IMG/VR virus record: IMGVR_UViG_3300016476_000533
Coordinates: 1-61,257 of that record
Length of the DNA stretch: 61,257 nucleotides
Direction: 5' to 3' (one strand)
Source of the DNA: a virus
The first letter of the stretch is position 1. Each line of letters opens with the position of its first letter. The position numbers and the translations under genes are program-made. Shown piece after piece: positions 59,282 through 61,257 of this stretch. The notes under the pieces are model-generated. The model searched no databases, was not told where the DNA came from, and saw only the letters and a program-made list of their open reading frames with translations.

Positions 59282-60268
59282 TTACCTCGTGTATGCGCTG
59301 ATGTTGGGCGCCCAGCGGATGGGCGAGTTGTCGCGCTCCTCGTTCCACGCATCGGCCATGGCCTCTGCGGAGAACGCCTTGAGCGTCGGGATGACTTCAG
59401 CCGGCACCTGCGGGATTTCCAAGGCCAGCTTGACCGCCAGTTCCGCGGTGATCGCGTCCAGCCACCGCTGCGGGACCTCGACGTCCTGCGTCAGCGTGCC
59501 GACGTCCATGATGTGCCGGTGGCGCCACATGACGACCTGATAGGTCGTGGACTGGCTGTTCGGCACGGGCCACAGGTGCATGACGGCATTCGGCACTTGC
59601 CGGTCGAACCAGTATTGCAGCGGGCGGATGGACTGGAAGGTCTTGTTCGGCAGGTTCGTGTAGTCGTCGCGGTTCAGCCTGCCGAAGGGAATCTCCGTCG
59701 GCGTGTTGCCGAAGTAGACGCGGCTGTAGGCCAGCGAGCCGGTCGTGGCGCGCACGCGGAAGTAGGGCGCGGGGACGACCTGCTCGACGTCATACCACGT
59801 CCACTCGCCGGAAGTCGCAGACGGCGTCTCGGTCTGAATGGTAGTCCAGGTCGCGCCGTCGGTGGACCGCTCAAGGGCGATGGGGACGGAGGCTCCAGAC
59901 CACAGCACGCCGACGGTGGTGACGGGCGTGTCGGACCCGAAGGCGGTGCTGTAGGTGGTCGAGGACGTGGTGTTCGTGCCCGTCACTTCCTGCAAGGTGC
60001 GCAGGTTCACGTTCAGGATGTCGATGGTCCCGTCGGGCATGGTGATGTCGCCGACACCCTCGTAGAGGGGCAGGATGACCTTCTCGATGCACCAGAGAGG
60101 CACGCCCTTGTTGGCGAGGTTGGACAGCAGCAGGTAGAGCAGGCCCTTGGCGATCTCGACGTTCTCGCCGGAAACCGTCTCGGCAGGCATACGGACGCGC
60201 CGGAACGCGCTGTCGATCACCTTGCGGGTGTCGAATACCGTCTGCGAGATTGTGCCGGAGTAGGCCAT
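59282..60268 (-). CDS. Virion structural protein (328 aa; adaptor/tail-tube-like by position)
   Basis: ORF track. Confidence 0.6.
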   Translation of the reverse strand: MAYSGTISQTVFDTRKVIDSAFRRVRMPAETVSGENVEIAKGLLYLLLSNLANKGVPLWCIEKVILPLYEGVGDITMPDGTIDILNVNLRTLQEVTGTNTTSSTTYSTAFGSDTPVTTVGVLWSGASVPIALERSTDGATWTTIQTETPSATSGEWTWYDVEQVVPAPYFRVRATTGSLAYSRVYFGNTPTEIPFGRLNRDDYTNLPNKTFQSIRPLQYWFDRQVPNAVMHLWPVPNSQSTTYQVVMWRHRHIMDVGTLTQDVEVPQRWLDAITAELAVKLALEIPQVPAEVIPTLKAFSAEAMADAWNEERDNSPIRWAPNISAYTR

Positions 60269-60347
60269 GGCAGGTCCGCTGTGAGGGTCAGCAGTCCGCT
60301 AGTCGCAGCAGACCTGTCTGGCGTGATTGTATAGGACGGGGGCTAGT

Positions 60348-61046
60348 CTAGCAACCGACCTTGCCGCCGTAGCGCATCTTGGTCAGGGGCTTGCCGGGGT
60401 GCATGTTGCGCTCGTGCTTGTGGACCGCAGCGACCGCGCCACCCTTCGCCTTGCCGACCATCTCACGGGCTCCGAGTTGACGCTCGGCCATGAGACCGCC
60501 TTCCTGCTTGTGCTCGGCGCGCTCCTTGGCGGGCGATTCCTCGGCCTCGTGCCGCTTCATCGCCGCCTTGGACTTGTAGACCTCGCCGCTGCCCTTCTCG
60601 ACGATGCCGCCCTTCTTGAACTTGCCGGGCATCGCCGTCTCGTTGCGCATATACCAGTCGGCGTCGCGCTTCGGAGCCTTGGGCGGGTTGGCCTTCATCT
60701 GGTTGCGGATGTTGCGGACCTGGTCGGCGGTCAGCGGACGAGAGGTGGGCTCGTCCTTCACGGCGTCGTAGGGCTTGGCCTTGGGCGGGGGAGCCTTGAC
60801 CTTGCCGCCCTCGGCCTTGCGCATCGGGATCTTCGCGCCGGCGTCACGCGCTTCGTTCAGCGCGATGGCGATGGCCTGCTTGGGGCTCTTGACCTCGGGG
60901 CCCTTCTTCGAGCCGCTGTGCAGCGTGCCGCGCTTGAACTCGCCCATGACCTTGCCGACCTTCGCCATGGCCTTGCCGCCCTTGCCGTAGCTGGCGGACG
61001 ACTCGGTCTCGTAGACCGTCTTGGTGCTGTTCTTGTAGCCTTTCAT
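60348..61046 (-). CDS. Lys-rich basic protein (232 aa) with an EFKRGTLHSG..KSPKQAIAIALNEAR (DUF6496-like) motif
   Basis: ORF track. N-terminus MKGYKNSTKTVYETE resembles that of the junction-spanning ORF. Confidence 0.6.
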   Translation of the reverse strand: MKGYKNSTKTVYETESSASYGKGGKAMAKVGKVMGEFKRGTLHSGSKKGPEVKSPKQAIAIALNEARDAGAKIPMRKAEGGKVKAPPPKAKPYDAVKDEPTSRPLTADQVRNIRNQMKANPPKAPKRDADWYMRNETAMPGKFKKGGIVEKGSGEVYKSKAAMKRHEAEESPAKERAEHKQEGGLMAERQLGAREMVGKAKGGAVAAVHKHERNMHPGKPLTKMRYGGKVGC

Positions 61047-61062
61047 GGCGTTCGGTCCTTGG

Positions 61063-61257
61063 TTAGCAGGCCCACGCGCGCCGGGCTTTACGCAGGCGGC
61101 TGTTAGGGTCCTTAGCGGCTTCGGGAAACATCTTCGCCTGTCCAGCGGAGCGGGCGCAGAAGGACTTGCGGCGGGCAGCGTCTTTTTCTGTCTTGGGGTG
61201 CGGAGCGGGTGGCTTCAGCCCCGGCTTGCCGGGATTGGCCTTGTTGTAGGAGGCGCG
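61063..61257 (-). CDS. 3' part of the junction-spanning 104-aa ORF (see 1..142)
   Basis: Hand translation gives ...NPGKPGLKPPAPHPKTEKDAARRKSFCARSAGQAKMFPEAAKDPNSRLRKARRAWAC, with stop TAA at 61063-61065. Confidence 0.55.
   Translation of the reverse strand, partial: RASYNKANPGKPGLKPPAPHPKTEKDAARRKSFCARSAGQAKMFPEAAKDPNSRLRKARRAWAC
61236..61257. repeat. Second copy of the 22-nt window-end duplication
   Basis: Identical to nt 1-22. Confidence 0.9.

Overview
The window appears to be an essentially complete, GC-rich tailed-phage genome of about 61.2 kb, written as a linearised circle. Nt 1-22 are identical to nt 61236-61257, and one ORF reads across that join.

Layout:
- Leftward (minus-strand) morphogenesis and lysis genes run from 16402 down to nt 1, then continue from 61257 down to 39323. 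They include the large terminase, portal, a GroES-like protein, a scaffold-like protein, an HK97-type major capsid protein, fibre proteins, a holin/spanin/endolysin cassette, and large ejection-type proteins, one carrying a SleB-like hydrolase domain.
- Rightward early and replication genes occupy about 16966-39326. They include many small ORFs, a beta-clamp-like fragment, prim-pol/helicase, DUF2800 nuclease, DUF2815 SSB-like protein, two DNA methyltransferases, GapR-like and GcrA-like proteins, family-A DNA polymerase, VRR-NUC and an SNF2 helicase.
- A single minus-strand TerS-like gene (18651-19100) sits inside the early region.
- Genes are tightly packed, and ATGA/GTGA start-stop overlaps are very frequent.
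- The GcrA, GapR and CcrM-type content suggests an alphaproteobacterial (Caulobacterales-like) host. That is inference only.

Most notable observations:
1. The DNA polymerase gene is fractured into two ORFs carrying split-intein halves, with a free-standing GIY-YIG endonuclease gene between them.
2. A roughly 900-bp non-coding tract (52402-53300) holds a tandem array of promoter / structured-RNA / terminator units.
3. Repeated ~115-bp two-hairpin intergenic cassettes flank the first early genes.
4. An iteron- and inverted-repeat-rich, lower-GC control or origin-like region lies at 19.1-19.6 kb.
5. An endonuclease-VII-type gene next to the capsid gene has its ribosome-binding site buried in a long hairpin.

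Limits: all coordinates of small motifs were counted by hand and may be off by a base or two. All family assignments come from motif recognition, not from searches.
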